A DNA stretch of 64,000 nt from a virus. The DNA is taken from the IMG/VR virus record IMGVR_UViG_3300033144_006696, positions 32,001-96,000 of that record; one strand, written 5' to 3'. The notes under the pieces are model-generated. The model was not told where the DNA came from and ran no database searches. It saw nothing but the letters and a program-made list of their open reading frames with translations. A program made the translations under genes and the position numbers. Positions 28,781-38,357 of the stretch are shown here, piece by piece (position 1 is the first letter of the stretch; each line of letters opens with the position of its first letter).

Positions 28781-28965
28781 GTGAACCAGCAAAAATCATA
28801 CTAACAATGGGCACATCTATCCCTGCACAAAATCCAGCAATTGGAAAAATTGCACTATACCCAAAAACAGATGGATGGTATCAACTTGATTCTGATGGTG
28901 TTGAAACAAAAATAGAAGGTGGAGTAATACAAGAAGAAGCAATTATGTGGGCAATGGTTTTATAG
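28777..28965 (+). CDS. Small tail-fibre-associated protein
   Basis: TTG start overlapping the previous stop; PAIGKIALYPKTDGWYQLDSDGVET pattern. Confidence 0.45.
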   Translation: MSEPAKIILTMGTSIPAQNPAIGKIALYPKTDGWYQLDSDGVETKIEGGVIQEEAIMWAMVL

Positions 28966-28974
28966 GAGTATTTT

Positions 28975-31689
28975 ATGATTGTTTTAGAAATAGGGGATAA
29001 AATTCAAGGAGTAGCTTCAGTTAATTCTGTAGTTGATTTTTCACTTTCTGGATTGGATAACAATACTTTAAGTCTTCTTAGTACAGGCCAAATAAGTTCA
29101 TCTCTTGCAGATTTATATACAGCAGATAGTGTTGATGTAGTTAAAACACTGACATTTGTCAATACTCACTCTGATGTTGTATATTTGAATTTATATGTTC
29201 TTCCATTTGAAGGTGTTGCAAGAAGAATTTTAGCGAAAGATTTGAAACTTTCAATAGGTACTGCTATTCATACTGATGGTGAAATTTTCTCACTTGTTCA
29301 TCCTGTTGAAGAATCTTTTTTGGCAAGTGTTGATGATACACCATATGATGCAACAACATGGAATGGAAATACAGATGCTGCTACTAAAAATGCAATTCGT
29401 GATAAAATAGAAACTCTTGCAAGTGGTCATGATGCAGTAACTATAGATACAGCAAATGGTTTATCTCTCTCTACTCAAGTACTTTCCCTTGCTGCTGCAA
29501 CTAATTCTATTCCTGGTGCAGCAACAGCAGCACAAATCACTGCCATTGAAGCAAATACAGGAAAAACTACTAACGCAACACATACTGGTGATGTGACTGG
29601 TGATGTTATTTTAACTCTTGATAAAACTGCAATAACAGGACAAACTACAGTAACTGCTGATAATGCTGATTATGTGGTTATATCAGATACGAGTGACACA
29701 GGGGCATTGAAAAAAGCACTTGTTTCTGATTTTGGTGGTATTGCTATATCAAGCTTTACTCAAGATTCAGGGATACTTGTAGGGACTGGTGCAGGCACAT
29801 TTCAGGAAGAAACAGGTGCAACTCTCAGGACAAGTTTGAATGTTGATGTCTCTGGAACAGATAATAGCACTGATGTCACCTTGCATGCTTCCGCCACAAC
29901 TGGAGGATTAAGCTTATCAACTCAAGAAATAAGCAGTCGAGCCGCATCAAACGCATTGACAGGCTATGCCACAGCAGCACAAATAACAGCCCTTGAACTG
30001 GCCACAAACATCGAAAATTATGCAAATTCTCCAATGGTTATCACAGGCGGTGAAATTACCACTTTGGGAGCAGCTGCCGGGACTTTTGATGTATCTGCTA
30101 TCACAGCGTTGGTAAGATCTACAGATAGCTATACAGGTGCCTTGGTTTATATAACTTTAGGGGATCAAAGTGATGTTACTATTTCATTAGCGAATACCAC
30201 ATATTTTGTGTTTTTGGATTATAACGGTGGCGCCCCTCAAATAAATTTAGATACAACAAATGTTTATGAAGCAGGTACAGATAGAACACAGCTTCCTATT
30301 GGAAAAGTGATGAAGGACGGTTCCGATGTTGTTCATTATATTTCTGGTGGATATAATTTTCAAGATGGTGTCAGAAAATTACAACGCAGAATAAGAGATT
30401 TACACAATCTTACTCTTGCTTCTGGATCTACAATAGAATATCAGGCCACGAATCAATTTACGATGACTCAGGCGGTAATATATGCAGGTGTAAATAAATT
30501 CACTATTGCCAATTACGACAGTAATGCAACGGATTTTATTCATTTTTATTCAGCAGGAGGCGGTAATTTTACTTATACCGCTGCGACTGACACAATAGAT
30601 TTTGCTAATTACGATGCGGGTGCAGGATCTCTTGATAGCGTTAGTAATGCTAAGTTTGGGTGTTTTTGGGTGTATGTACATATTGATGGTCATGCATATG
30701 TGCGGTATGGGGAATGTAATGGATCATTAGCGGAAGCAGAAGCCTCGTTAGAGCCAAGTAAACCTATACACTTGGCTGACTTTGGTATTTTGGTTGGTAA
30801 ATTTATAATGCCTGCTGCCGGGGGTAGTTTTTCACTTGTTCAAATGGTGACTGATACACAATTTACGGCAGTATCTGCGGCTGATCATGCTAATTTAACC
30901 AGTCTTGCTTACGCGAATTCTGGGCATACGGGTTTTGCAACTGATGATAACACCACTGATGTGACACTGAGCGCTTCCGCCACGACTGGGGGAATGAGTC
31001 TATCCGGACAGGAAATCAGTAATAGATCTGCCACAAACGCGTTGACAGGATATGCTACTGCTGCACATATTACGGCTATCGAAACTAATACGGACAAAGT
31101 AAGTCTTGAAGATAATTCCGTTACTCTTGCAAAAATGGCAGGCGGAACTGATGGTAATTTAATCACTTACGATGCGGCTGGTGATCCTGCCTATGTTGCT
31201 ACAGGGACGGTAGGTCAAGTTCTAACAAGTGCTGGAGCTGGCGCAGCTCCTACTATGCAGGATGCTGGCGGTATTTCTGATGTGGTTAATGATACCACCC
31301 CTACGCTTGGCGGACCGCTGGATGCCGATGATAAAATAATCTCAAAGGCAGTAATGAAAGATACCGGAGAGACAATCAATGTTCTCGGAGACCTCGGGGG
31401 TGGCACAGATGATATTGATCTTGAAGATGGGAATGTGGTAACTGCTACTGTTTCCACAGCAGAGCAGACATTCACTTTTTCAAATCCTCCGGCAAGCGGA
31501 ACGAATGGGAGCTTTACTTTGATCCTCACGAATGGTGGCTCGCAGACTGTTAATTGGCCTGCAAGCGTTGATTGGGTCGATGCCACTGCACCCACTTTAA
31601 CCGCTGCTGGTGTTGATGTTTTGGTGTTTACGACCATAGATGCTGGTACGATTTATTTAGGCTTCACCGCCGGATTGGATGTGTCATAA
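28975..31689 (+). CDS. Tail fibre / receptor-binding protein
   Basis: 904 aa, Thr/Ala/Gly-rich; three ~42-aa repeats; fibre-type C-terminal domain (IDLEDGNVVTAT..FTLILTNGGSQTVNWPASVDW..APTLTAAGVDVLVF). Confidence 0.75.
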   Translation: MIVLEIGDKIQGVASVNSVVDFSLSGLDNNTLSLLSTGQISSSLADLYTADSVDVVKTLTFVNTHSDVVYLNLYVLPFEGVARRILAKDLKLSIGTAIHTDGEIFSLVHPVEESFLASVDDTPYDATTWNGNTDAATKNAIRDKIETLASGHDAVTIDTANGLSLSTQVLSLAAATNSIPGAATAAQITAIEANTGKTTNATHTGDVTGDVILTLDKTAITGQTTVTADNADYVVISDTSDTGALKKALVSDFGGIAISSFTQDSGILVGTGAGTFQEETGATLRTSLNVDVSGTDNSTDVTLHASATTGGLSLSTQEISSRAASNALTGYATAAQITALELATNIENYANSPMVITGGEITTLGAAAGTFDVSAITALVRSTDSYTGALVYITLGDQSDVTISLANTTYFVFLDYNGGAPQINLDTTNVYEAGTDRTQLPIGKVMKDGSDVVHYISGGYNFQDGVRKLQRRIRDLHNLTLASGSTIEYQATNQFTMTQAVIYAGVNKFTIANYDSNATDFIHFYSAGGGNFTYTAATDTIDFANYDAGAGSLDSVSNAKFGCFWVYVHIDGHAYVRYGECNGSLAEAEASLEPSKPIHLADFGILVGKFIMPAAGGSFSLVQMVTDTQFTAVSAADHANLTSLAYANSGHTGFATDDNTTDVTLSASATTGGMSLSGQEISNRSATNALTGYATAAHITAIETNTDKVSLEDNSVTLAKMAGGTDGNLITYDAAGDPAYVATGTVGQVLTSAGAGAAPTMQDAGGISDVVNDTTPTLGGPLDADDKIISKAVMKDTGETINVLGDLGGGTDDIDLEDGNVVTATVSTAEQTFTFSNPPASGTNGSFTLILTNGGSQTVNWPASVDWVDATAPTLTAAGVDVLVFTTIDAGTIYLGFTAGLDVS

Positions 31690-33839
31690 TGAGTTTACTT
31701 GCGAACAAATTAATAATGTGTGCAGGGAGTGGAGATGAAGAAATCCTCCCTGAAGCCATAGACTTTGACGGTACGAATGATTATTTGAGTCGGTCAAGTG
31801 ATTTGGTGGGTAATACAGATGGTAAGACTTTTACTTTTAGTTGTTGGGTTTATAATTATCATACAACGTCTCTTTCATTGTACTCAAGCAAAACGTCGGC
31901 AGGTACTATAAACATATATGTTAATAATTCAGGTACCTTGTATATACAGATGGTTAATGCTACCGGTACTGAGATTAGACTTAACTGGGAAGCACCGAGC
32001 AAAACAATACCTTTTGGCACATGGGTTAATATTATCATTAGTATGAATATGGCAAGTACTTCTTATAGACATATTTATGTTAGTGATAAAGTAGTAACTG
32101 GTGCATATACCTTTTATGCAAATGAAGATATTTTATTTGCTCATACGGATCATTATATCAATAGTAATTTGGGTAGCAGTGAGCGAGGCAAGGGCCGACT
32201 CTCTCATGCCTTCCTTGATTACACCTACAGAGATTTATCCACAGAATCAAACCGCCGTCTATTTTGCACTGAAGACCTAAAACCAGCAGATCCAGCCACA
32301 TTAATTGCATTAAACCCGATTATGTATATGCAATTAACAGACCCAGACACAGCTCACGTAAACAGCGGCACAGGCGGGGATTTCGTGCTTAATGGGACTG
32401 TGGCTCTTAGTGAGCGGGGACCTAATCAGGATAATTGTGTGGCTTCTGAGTTTGATGGGAGTGCGGATTATTTAAGTGTTGGAAGTGTAATCGGCTTATC
32501 TGATGGAAAAGAGCTAACATTATCATTTAATCTTAATCCACAAAGAACTGGAAATTCTGATACTTATCAATTATATGTTGCGGATGGTGCTAACTACAAA
32601 CTTCTTTTACGCTATGGCAGCGATGATATTATGCAGTTTGTTGTTAGAAATTCATCAAATACCGTGGTGTTGAATGTTACATATGCCTCTATCGGACCAG
32701 AGTTTAAGACTTATAGCATCGACATCTCAGTAGATTTGACTAACGCAGCAAATAGACATTTCATTATTAACGGTGTTGATCTTACATCATCAGTCACATG
32801 GTCAATTTATACAAATAACAACATGGATTTAACTGGTGATACCTACGAAATAGGTCGAGGGTTTGCAATATTGCAGCCACAAACCATAGGAGAGTTTTGG
32901 TTCAATACCTCCTACACAGACCTATCAACATCAAACCCATTCTGGGACTCAGACCTAAACAAACCTGTACCAGTAAGACAAGTAATAGAAAACACAGGCG
33001 TAACGCCGTTAATTGCTTTGCCTATTAGAGCTGATGACGCAGGGAATAATCTTGGTACTGGTGGGGATTTCACCTTGTATGGTGGTGGGCTGGTGGGTGC
33101 AAGAGGTGTATCTGAATTTTGGGCGAGATCTGCTAATTTTGATGGGAGCACTAATTATTTATCACGTACAACTCCGTTAGTTGGATCAGTGGATAGCAAA
33201 CAAACTACTTTAGTATTTAGTTTTAATACAGATAGCGTTAGTGGAAATCATACTCTTTTTCATGCTCGTGATAGCACATCAAACAAGACGGCTGTAGTGT
33301 GTGATAACAATAGTACGTCATTGAGATTCTATCTCCAAGATAGTTCAGGGCAAATTCTGGCAATATCGGGTGTTATGAGCACTGCTTTATCTATAAATAC
33401 TTGGTATACTGTGCTTATTTCTGATGATAGAAGCACATCCACTACTCGTATTTATGTAAATGAAATACAACAGACCCCAACTCCATCAGTTGATATTGAT
33501 AGTAATGTGACTTTAGCTAATGTGTGTATCGGAATAGGCGTGAATGAATATGATGGAGATTATGCAAATGATGGCTATTTTGATGGGGATATCGGATTTT
33601 TATATTTCTCAATAGATTACATAGACTTTTCTCAGGAATCAAACCGCCTATTATTTGTTGATGCTCTTGGATACCCAACAGACCTACAAAAGAAAATAGA
33701 TGCCGGAGAAGTGCCTGAACCATTAATCTATATGCCATTTGATGACACAAGCGATTTTGGTGTCAATTCAGGAACGGGTGGTGACTTCACTGAAAACGGA
33801 ACAATAACAGCAGGCGCAGACATAGACCCTAACGCATAA
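31689..33839 (+). CDS. Tail fibre accessory protein with repeated LamG-like domains
   Basis: Three FDG(T/S)xxYL repeats each followed by beta-sandwich segments; (VN/NN)xGTGGDF linker repeated. Confidence 0.65.
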   Translation: MSLLANKLIMCAGSGDEEILPEAIDFDGTNDYLSRSSDLVGNTDGKTFTFSCWVYNYHTTSLSLYSSKTSAGTINIYVNNSGTLYIQMVNATGTEIRLNWEAPSKTIPFGTWVNIIISMNMASTSYRHIYVSDKVVTGAYTFYANEDILFAHTDHYINSNLGSSERGKGRLSHAFLDYTYRDLSTESNRRLFCTEDLKPADPATLIALNPIMYMQLTDPDTAHVNSGTGGDFVLNGTVALSERGPNQDNCVASEFDGSADYLSVGSVIGLSDGKELTLSFNLNPQRTGNSDTYQLYVADGANYKLLLRYGSDDIMQFVVRNSSNTVVLNVTYASIGPEFKTYSIDISVDLTNAANRHFIINGVDLTSSVTWSIYTNNNMDLTGDTYEIGRGFAILQPQTIGEFWFNTSYTDLSTSNPFWDSDLNKPVPVRQVIENTGVTPLIALPIRADDAGNNLGTGGDFTLYGGGLVGARGVSEFWARSANFDGSTNYLSRTTPLVGSVDSKQTTLVFSFNTDSVSGNHTLFHARDSTSNKTAVVCDNNSTSLRFYLQDSSGQILAISGVMSTALSINTWYTVLISDDRSTSTTRIYVNEIQQTPTPSVDIDSNVTLANVCIGIGVNEYDGDYANDGYFDGDIGFLYFSIDYIDFSQESNRLLFVDALGYPTDLQKKIDAGEVPEPLIYMPFDDTSDFGVNSGTGGDFTENGTITAGADIDPNA

Positions 33840-33847
33840 GGATAAAT

Positions 33848-34399
33848 ATGAGATACTACGATGAAAACACACAAAGAATATTGACAACCAAAGGCGTTAG
33901 GAAAGCAGTTTACCCTTCTTGCCTGCCAAAGAACTTTACTCTTGGAAATATTATCAGTTTTGGAATTAAAGGATACGCTGAAACTCAAAAACCAGAGCCA
34001 TCAACAAATCTAAAAAAGATCATTGCCGGTGATCCTGTTCAAACTGAAGATGGTAATTGGGCGCAGGTTTGGGCTGAGGTTGATAAATTCTCAGACATTC
34101 CGGATAGCTTAACCAAAGCAGAACAAGAAACAGCATATCTTGCAGAATTAATAATTAGTTCCAGGATCAGAATCCAGAATCAAAACAAGGCAAATTGTAA
34201 ATCACTTATATATACCAGGTACAATCAAGAATTTCAAAACAATATGGGAATTGGATTGATCCCGGAAGCCACAGCCGCAACCGCAGCAACTTGGATCATG
34301 GACATGCGCGAAGAAGAGAACAGGGTATTTGATCTACTTGAAGCAGCAACAACCCTTGAAGAGCTCAATGCAATAGAAACCCCCACATGGGAGGTATAA
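33848..34399 (+). CDS. Putative tail fibre assembly/chaperone protein
   Basis: Follows the fibre genes; ETQKPEP..IIAGDPVQTEDGNWAQVW and C-terminal ELNAIETPTW motifs. Confidence 0.55.
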   Translation: MRYYDENTQRILTTKGVRKAVYPSCLPKNFTLGNIISFGIKGYAETQKPEPSTNLKKIIAGDPVQTEDGNWAQVWAEVDKFSDIPDSLTKAEQETAYLAELIISSRIRIQNQNKANCKSLIYTRYNQEFQNNMGIGLIPEATAATAATWIMDMREEENRVFDLLEAATTLEELNAIETPTWEV

Positions 34400-34400
34400 A

Positions 34401-34556
34401 ATGGTAAAGCACAACTTAGACAGAACAGAATTTGAAGCGAAAAAAGTGGCAAAGGATGAATTAAAAAAACCACATACTCCTGCTAATTCAGTGCCGGGGA
34501 TACGGGCGCGGGTTGATTTGATTGAACAGGTTTTGGGTATTGTAGTCGAAGAATAG
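34401..34556 (+). CDS. Small hypothetical protein (51 aa, not in the ORF track)
   Basis: SD GGAGG; MVKHNLDRTEFEAKK..IRARVDLIEQVLGIVVEE. Confidence 0.5.
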   Translation: MVKHNLDRTEFEAKKVAKDELKKPHTPANSVPGIRARVDLIEQVLGIVVEE

Positions 34557-34569
34557 CCCGGAGGCGGAT

Positions 34570-34761
34570 ATGGAATGTAAAGACTGCACGGAACATACCG
34601 GAATCATAGCGAGGATCGTATCTTTGGAAAAACAAACAGAACATCAGCAAGAATGCCTTGAACAAATGAAGGGTCGATTAAATCAAATCTTAGGAGCCGT
34701 GCTTGTGTCTGTGATTGGGGTTTTGGGCCAGGTGCTTTATGCCATGACCAAGGGGGGTTGA
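34570..34761 (+). CDS. Holin-like protein (coiled coil plus one TM)
   Basis: SD GGAGG; C-terminal hydrophobic ILGAVLVSVIGVLGQVLYA; in the lysis cassette. Confidence 0.55.
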   Translation: MECKDCTEHTGIIARIVSLEKQTEHQQECLEQMKGRLNQILGAVLVSVIGVLGQVLYAMTKGG

Positions 34762-34762
34762 T

Positions 34763-34936
34763 ATGAGCCTTGCACCGATTTCAAAAAGGATGATAATTGG
34801 TGGTTTAGTTGCCATGGGAATCATTGCAACTGCCGGCATGATTTTTAAATTAGTTGAACCTGTGAACGCTATGTCTGTTATCACACCGATTGTCACAGGT
34901 TTTTTTGCACTCCTGAATCTTGGGGACGGTAAATGA
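34763..34936 (+). CDS. Two-TM holin-like membrane protein (57 aa, not in the ORF track)
   Basis: MSLAPISKRMIIGGLVAMGIIATAGMIFKLVEPVNAMSVITPIVTGFFALLNLGDGK; ATGA-coupled to the next gene. Confidence 0.55.
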   Translation: MSLAPISKRMIIGGLVAMGIIATAGMIFKLVEPVNAMSVITPIVTGFFALLNLGDGK

Positions 34937-35355
34937 AAAAAATCGATATGCCGATTATGAGACCGGTGCCTGTAAATACCAAAAACCAATCAACATTTAC
35001 TCAGTTAAAACGCTGGATAACCATCGTTAGGCAGTGGGAAATCATGGAAAACTGGCAATTCACACTGCCAAGCGGGGTAAAAATCACCATTCCAGCAGGT
35101 TTTGTTTTTGATGGTGCCAGTGTTCCTCGTGTTTTTTGGTGTGCCTTGTCCCCCACTGGTATTTTATTTATTCCAAGCCTGATTCATGATTTTGGGTACC
35201 ACAATGGGTTTTTCTGGGCTACATCGGAAGATGGGCATCGGTATCAGTATGGCGAACTTTTCAACCGGGAAACTTTTGATCAAATTTTTTATGATGTCTG
35301 TAAAAAGGTCAATGGGATAAAATATGTTTCCAGGGCAGCATGGTTAATGATTTGA
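34933..35355 (+). CDS. DUF1353 family protein
   Basis: ITIPAGFVFDGASVPRVFW..PSLIHDFGY signature. Confidence 0.8.
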   Translation: MKKIDMPIMRPVPVNTKNQSTFTQLKRWITIVRQWEIMENWQFTLPSGVKITIPAGFVFDGASVPRVFWCALSPTGILFIPSLIHDFGYHNGFFWATSEDGHRYQYGELFNRETFDQIFYDVCKKVNGIKYVSRAAWLMI

Positions 35356-35405
35356 ATGTTTGGATGGACTTCCTGGAACAAAAATGAAAAGACGAGGGTA
35401 GGGAT

Positions 35406-35819
35406 ATGATAATCAATAAAATACATAAATTGATCAAAGAGCATGAAGGGTTGAGACTTAAACCTTACCGATGCACGAAGGGTAAACTTACAATTGGATG
35501 GGGCCATAATCTTGGAAATGGAATTACAGAAGACACAGCGCAATTTATTTTTGGTGAGGATCTGGCAGACTGTGCAGCAGACCTTGAATCAATATTCCCC
35601 GGGCAGCTTCAAAAATTGCCGATGGATGTTCAAATGGTTTTGATGGATATGCGATTCAACCTGGGGCATGGTGGTTTCCGGGGATTCAAAAAAATGATCC
35701 AAGCTGTTAAGCGGAGCAATTTGAAAGAGATGATTCGTCAGATGAAGGATTCCATGTGGTATCGGCAGGTGCCAGGCAGGGCCGAGGATTTAATCAAGAT
35801 GATTAAAATTTTTGTTTGA
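35406..35819 (+). CDS. Endolysin, T4-type lysozyme (GH24-like)
   Basis: LIKEHEGLRLKPYRCTKGKLTIGWGHNL catalytic E..T motif; DMRFNLG..FKKMIQA..DSMWYRQV..RA. Confidence 0.88.
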   Translation: MIINKIHKLIKEHEGLRLKPYRCTKGKLTIGWGHNLGNGITEDTAQFIFGEDLADCAADLESIFPGQLQKLPMDVQMVLMDMRFNLGHGGFRGFKKMIQAVKRSNLKEMIRQMKDSMWYRQVPGRAEDLIKMIKIFV

Positions 35820-35981
35820 TTAAATTTTAAATTTATGTAATGTTATTAAAGATTATTTTTATAAAATAAAATAAAATAAAATATTGTACACTAAAATGTT
35901 TTGCAAGTAATTATTATATTTTGATTTTAAATGATTGAAATCAAAATAGTAATATAAATCCTATTACAAGGAGATTTAAAA

Positions 35982-37004
35982 ATGTCAGAAATAGCTGATC
36001 GCAATGATAAAGAAAAATTCTACAAGGGACATTACGGAATTACAGGTACTTTTGCCCAAAAAATCAAAGAACTTGCTGTTGCTCATGATTACATTTACAC
36101 TGATGGTTTATTGGCAATTGATTCCACTGATGGTGAAGTTATTATTACTTTGCCTCTTATGGCTGAAATTGAAGAAAGAGAATACAGACATATTTTCCCT
36201 ATTATGCATGTTGCTGGAGACAACAATGTAAAAATTCAATGTTCTGGCTCAGAAACTTTTGCAAATGGAGCAACTTTTTTTAATCTTGGAAAAGGATTAT
36301 TTTGTTTTGATCTTTTTGTCCTGCAAACCGCTACTTATTCCACTTTTGGATTGTATTCACCATTAACCATTAAAGCTAATCATACTTACGCTGGAACTTT
36401 TGACACTGCTTTATTTGCAACAACTGCTATTGCTCCATTGGCAACTGTGAAAAATAATGATCAAAGTGAAATCTTTCTGCTTCAGGGATTGTCTGATGGT
36501 ACATTTACTTCCTGTGCCGATAGTACCCCTATTGGAGGAGATGTAGTTGTCACTGATGCCGCCCCTCATGGATTGACAACAGGTGAAGTCATTACAATTG
36601 CAGGAACAACCAGTTACAACAATGAATATGTAGTAACAGTTTTGTCCACAACTACTTTTTCCATTCCTACTCCACTTGCAGTAGGTACTGAAGCGGGTAC
36701 TTGGATTCGTTCTGCTCGTTGTACCTGTCTTTTGACTGGACGATATAAAGTTGGATACCAAATGACTGCTGTATCAACTGGTGGTGCTGCTTGGGTTATT
36801 ACTGGATCTATTTTCAAAAATGGTTCTCTGCTTGCAAATACTTCAGTAGTACGAGGTGGTATTGTTTCTGGAACGGAATCTCTTGCTCTGCCAATGACAG
36901 ATATTGAATTGGCTGCTGGGGACTTTATTGATCTTCGTGTTGATAATGATTCACTGACTGGCGCATTGACAATTGCAATGCTTTCCGTGGAAATTACTGT
37001 TTAA
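35982..37004 (+). CDS. Stand-alone putative virion surface protein (FCCH-like domain plus C1q/BclA-like C-terminus)
   Basis: VVTDAAPHGLTTGEVITIAGTTSYNNEYVVTVLSTTTFSI; TGRYKVGYQM..IFKNG..IELAAGDFIDLRV; SD AAGGAG. Confidence 0.55.
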   Translation: MSEIADRNDKEKFYKGHYGITGTFAQKIKELAVAHDYIYTDGLLAIDSTDGEVIITLPLMAEIEEREYRHIFPIMHVAGDNNVKIQCSGSETFANGATFFNLGKGLFCFDLFVLQTATYSTFGLYSPLTIKANHTYAGTFDTALFATTAIAPLATVKNNDQSEIFLLQGLSDGTFTSCADSTPIGGDVVVTDAAPHGLTTGEVITIAGTTSYNNEYVVTVLSTTTFSIPTPLAVGTEAGTWIRSARCTCLLTGRYKVGYQMTAVSTGGAAWVITGSIFKNGSLLANTSVVRGGIVSGTESLALPMTDIELAAGDFIDLRVDNDSLTGALTIAMLSVEITV

Positions 37005-37021
37005 TTTATTGTTTCTATGTA

Positions 37022-37071
37022 AAAAAGCTAAACATCTTAAAATATCACAGAGTATTGTTGTTTAGCTTTTT
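37022..37071. terminator. Bidirectional terminator-like inverted repeat where the two arms converge
   Basis: AAAAAGCTAAACA / TGTTTAGCTTTTT with a 24-nt loop. Confidence 0.55.
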
Positions 37072-37084
37072 ACAAAAGAATTGA

Positions 37085-37405
37085 TCAATAGTTTCCATGG
37101 AATTTTTTATGGAAACTATTATTAATTTCAGTATATTCATTATCCCACTTTTCACCATGTTTTCCATCTGGGCCGATGGCTACGTGGGCCAGTTCATGAG
37201 CTAAGACATCAATTGCGCCTATTATCGAGATTTCTACATCAATACTTACAATAGGAATCCCGCCGTCATTCGGGAAAAATGTTTCTCCGTATGCATCCGC
37301 TTTTTCTTTCATGCCTTGGACATATTGAACGATTACTTTTTTCTTTGGATGTCGCTGCTCAAAAATATCTATTATTACTTGTATTGGATCTTGGAATGCT
37401 ATCAT
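37085..37405 (-). CDS. HExxH metallopeptidase-like protein (SprT/ImmA-like)
   Basis: LAHELAHV..HGEKW motif. Confidence 0.6.
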   Translation of the reverse strand: MIAFQDPIQVIIDIFEQRHPKKKVIVQYVQGMKEKADAYGETFFPNDGGIPIVSIDVEISIIGAIDVLAHELAHVAIGPDGKHGEKWDNEYTEINNSFHKKFHGNY

Positions 37406-37440
37406 TTTTTTATCCTTTTTAAATTGAGAGTTTATATATA

Positions 37441-37627
37441 TTATAAATTCACATAAATACCAGATCCCGCTGATACTATATTAGAGACATGTGTTGTGAT
37501 AATTTCATCTTGAGATAATTCTTTCCCAGAATTTTCACAAATACTTGGATAGCCATTGATAAACCACGGTACACCTTCTGGGTGGACATATACAAAATTC
37601 CATCAGATCTAATTTTAATTTTATCAT
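37441..37627 (-). pseudogene. Small ORF with a +1 frameshift
   Basis: ATGA-coupled start; MIKLKLDLMEFCICP then shifted frame EGVPWFINGYPSICENSG..; length 3n+1. Confidence 0.4.
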
Positions 37628-38163
37628 TGATTTCCTTTTCGTCTATAATTCCACCAAGTAAACCATCCTCCAATTGCAACACCAATATATGCCATATAAG
37701 GTAAAACTTTCATTCCTGTTATATACCAATTAATTAAACAAAATAATTTATCAGATTCATGTTTTGATATTGGAATTTCTTTAAGATCGTGCATTCCTTC
37801 ATTAATATTAGAATAATTCAATGCAAGAATTACATTTCCTTCTTTATAACATCTGTCATGAAAAATTGCGCCAATGTACAATACACCTTCAGGAGAAACA
37901 AAACTTCTTAGAGGTTTTGGGATAGATACGCCATCTACTTCTGTTCCTTTTGGAAGTTTTATGTAAATATGACTATAAGGTTTATTATTCACCATAAATT
38001 CAAAAGGAATATAAAGATAATAGTCTTCATCAATTATTATCTTTCTTGAAAATTTCAGAAAAATTAAAGCTCTTTTATACCAAGGAAGCAATCTTGTGTT
38101 TAATGGTACTTTTCTTTCCCACGGATATTCCATTGTGCCTTTTTCAAGATTGACGATTTTCAT
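37624..38163 (-). CDS. DUF1353 family protein (second copy)
   Basis: LPKGTEVDGVSIPKPL..GAIFHDRCY..ESDKLF..YIGVAIGGW. Confidence 0.7.
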   Translation of the reverse strand: MKIVNLEKGTMEYPWERKVPLNTRLLPWYKRALIFLKFSRKIIIDEDYYLYIPFEFMVNNKPYSHIYIKLPKGTEVDGVSIPKPLRSFVSPEGVLYIGAIFHDRCYKEGNVILALNYSNINEGMHDLKEIPISKHESDKLFCLINWYITGMKVLPYMAYIGVAIGGWFTWWNYRRKGNQ

Positions 38164-38189
38164 TTTAATATTCCTTTTAAGTTTATTTT

Positions 38190-38348
38190 CTAATCATTTA
38201 AAGCTTCTCTTTCATAGCCATTTAATTTATGTGTTTTTGCACATATTTCACAAAGAAAGATTTTTGTATTAGTTTTTATGTGAAAATATACATGACCATC
38301 TGTGTCTGGATTTTTACATTCTGCACATGAAATTGGCAAATCTTTCAT
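38190..38348 (-). CDS. Small Zn-finger protein (52 aa)
   Basis: CAEC...LCEICAK; SD AAGGAG. Confidence 0.5.
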   Translation of the reverse strand: MKDLPISCAECKNPDTDGHVYFHIKTNTKIFLCEICAKTHKLNGYEREALND

Positions 38349-38357
38349 AAATTCTCC

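Noticed and set aside
28975-33839. Diversity-generating retroelement acting on the fibre genes
   Set aside because: No reverse transcriptase ORF in the window, and the fibre repeats differ at all bases rather than at adenines only
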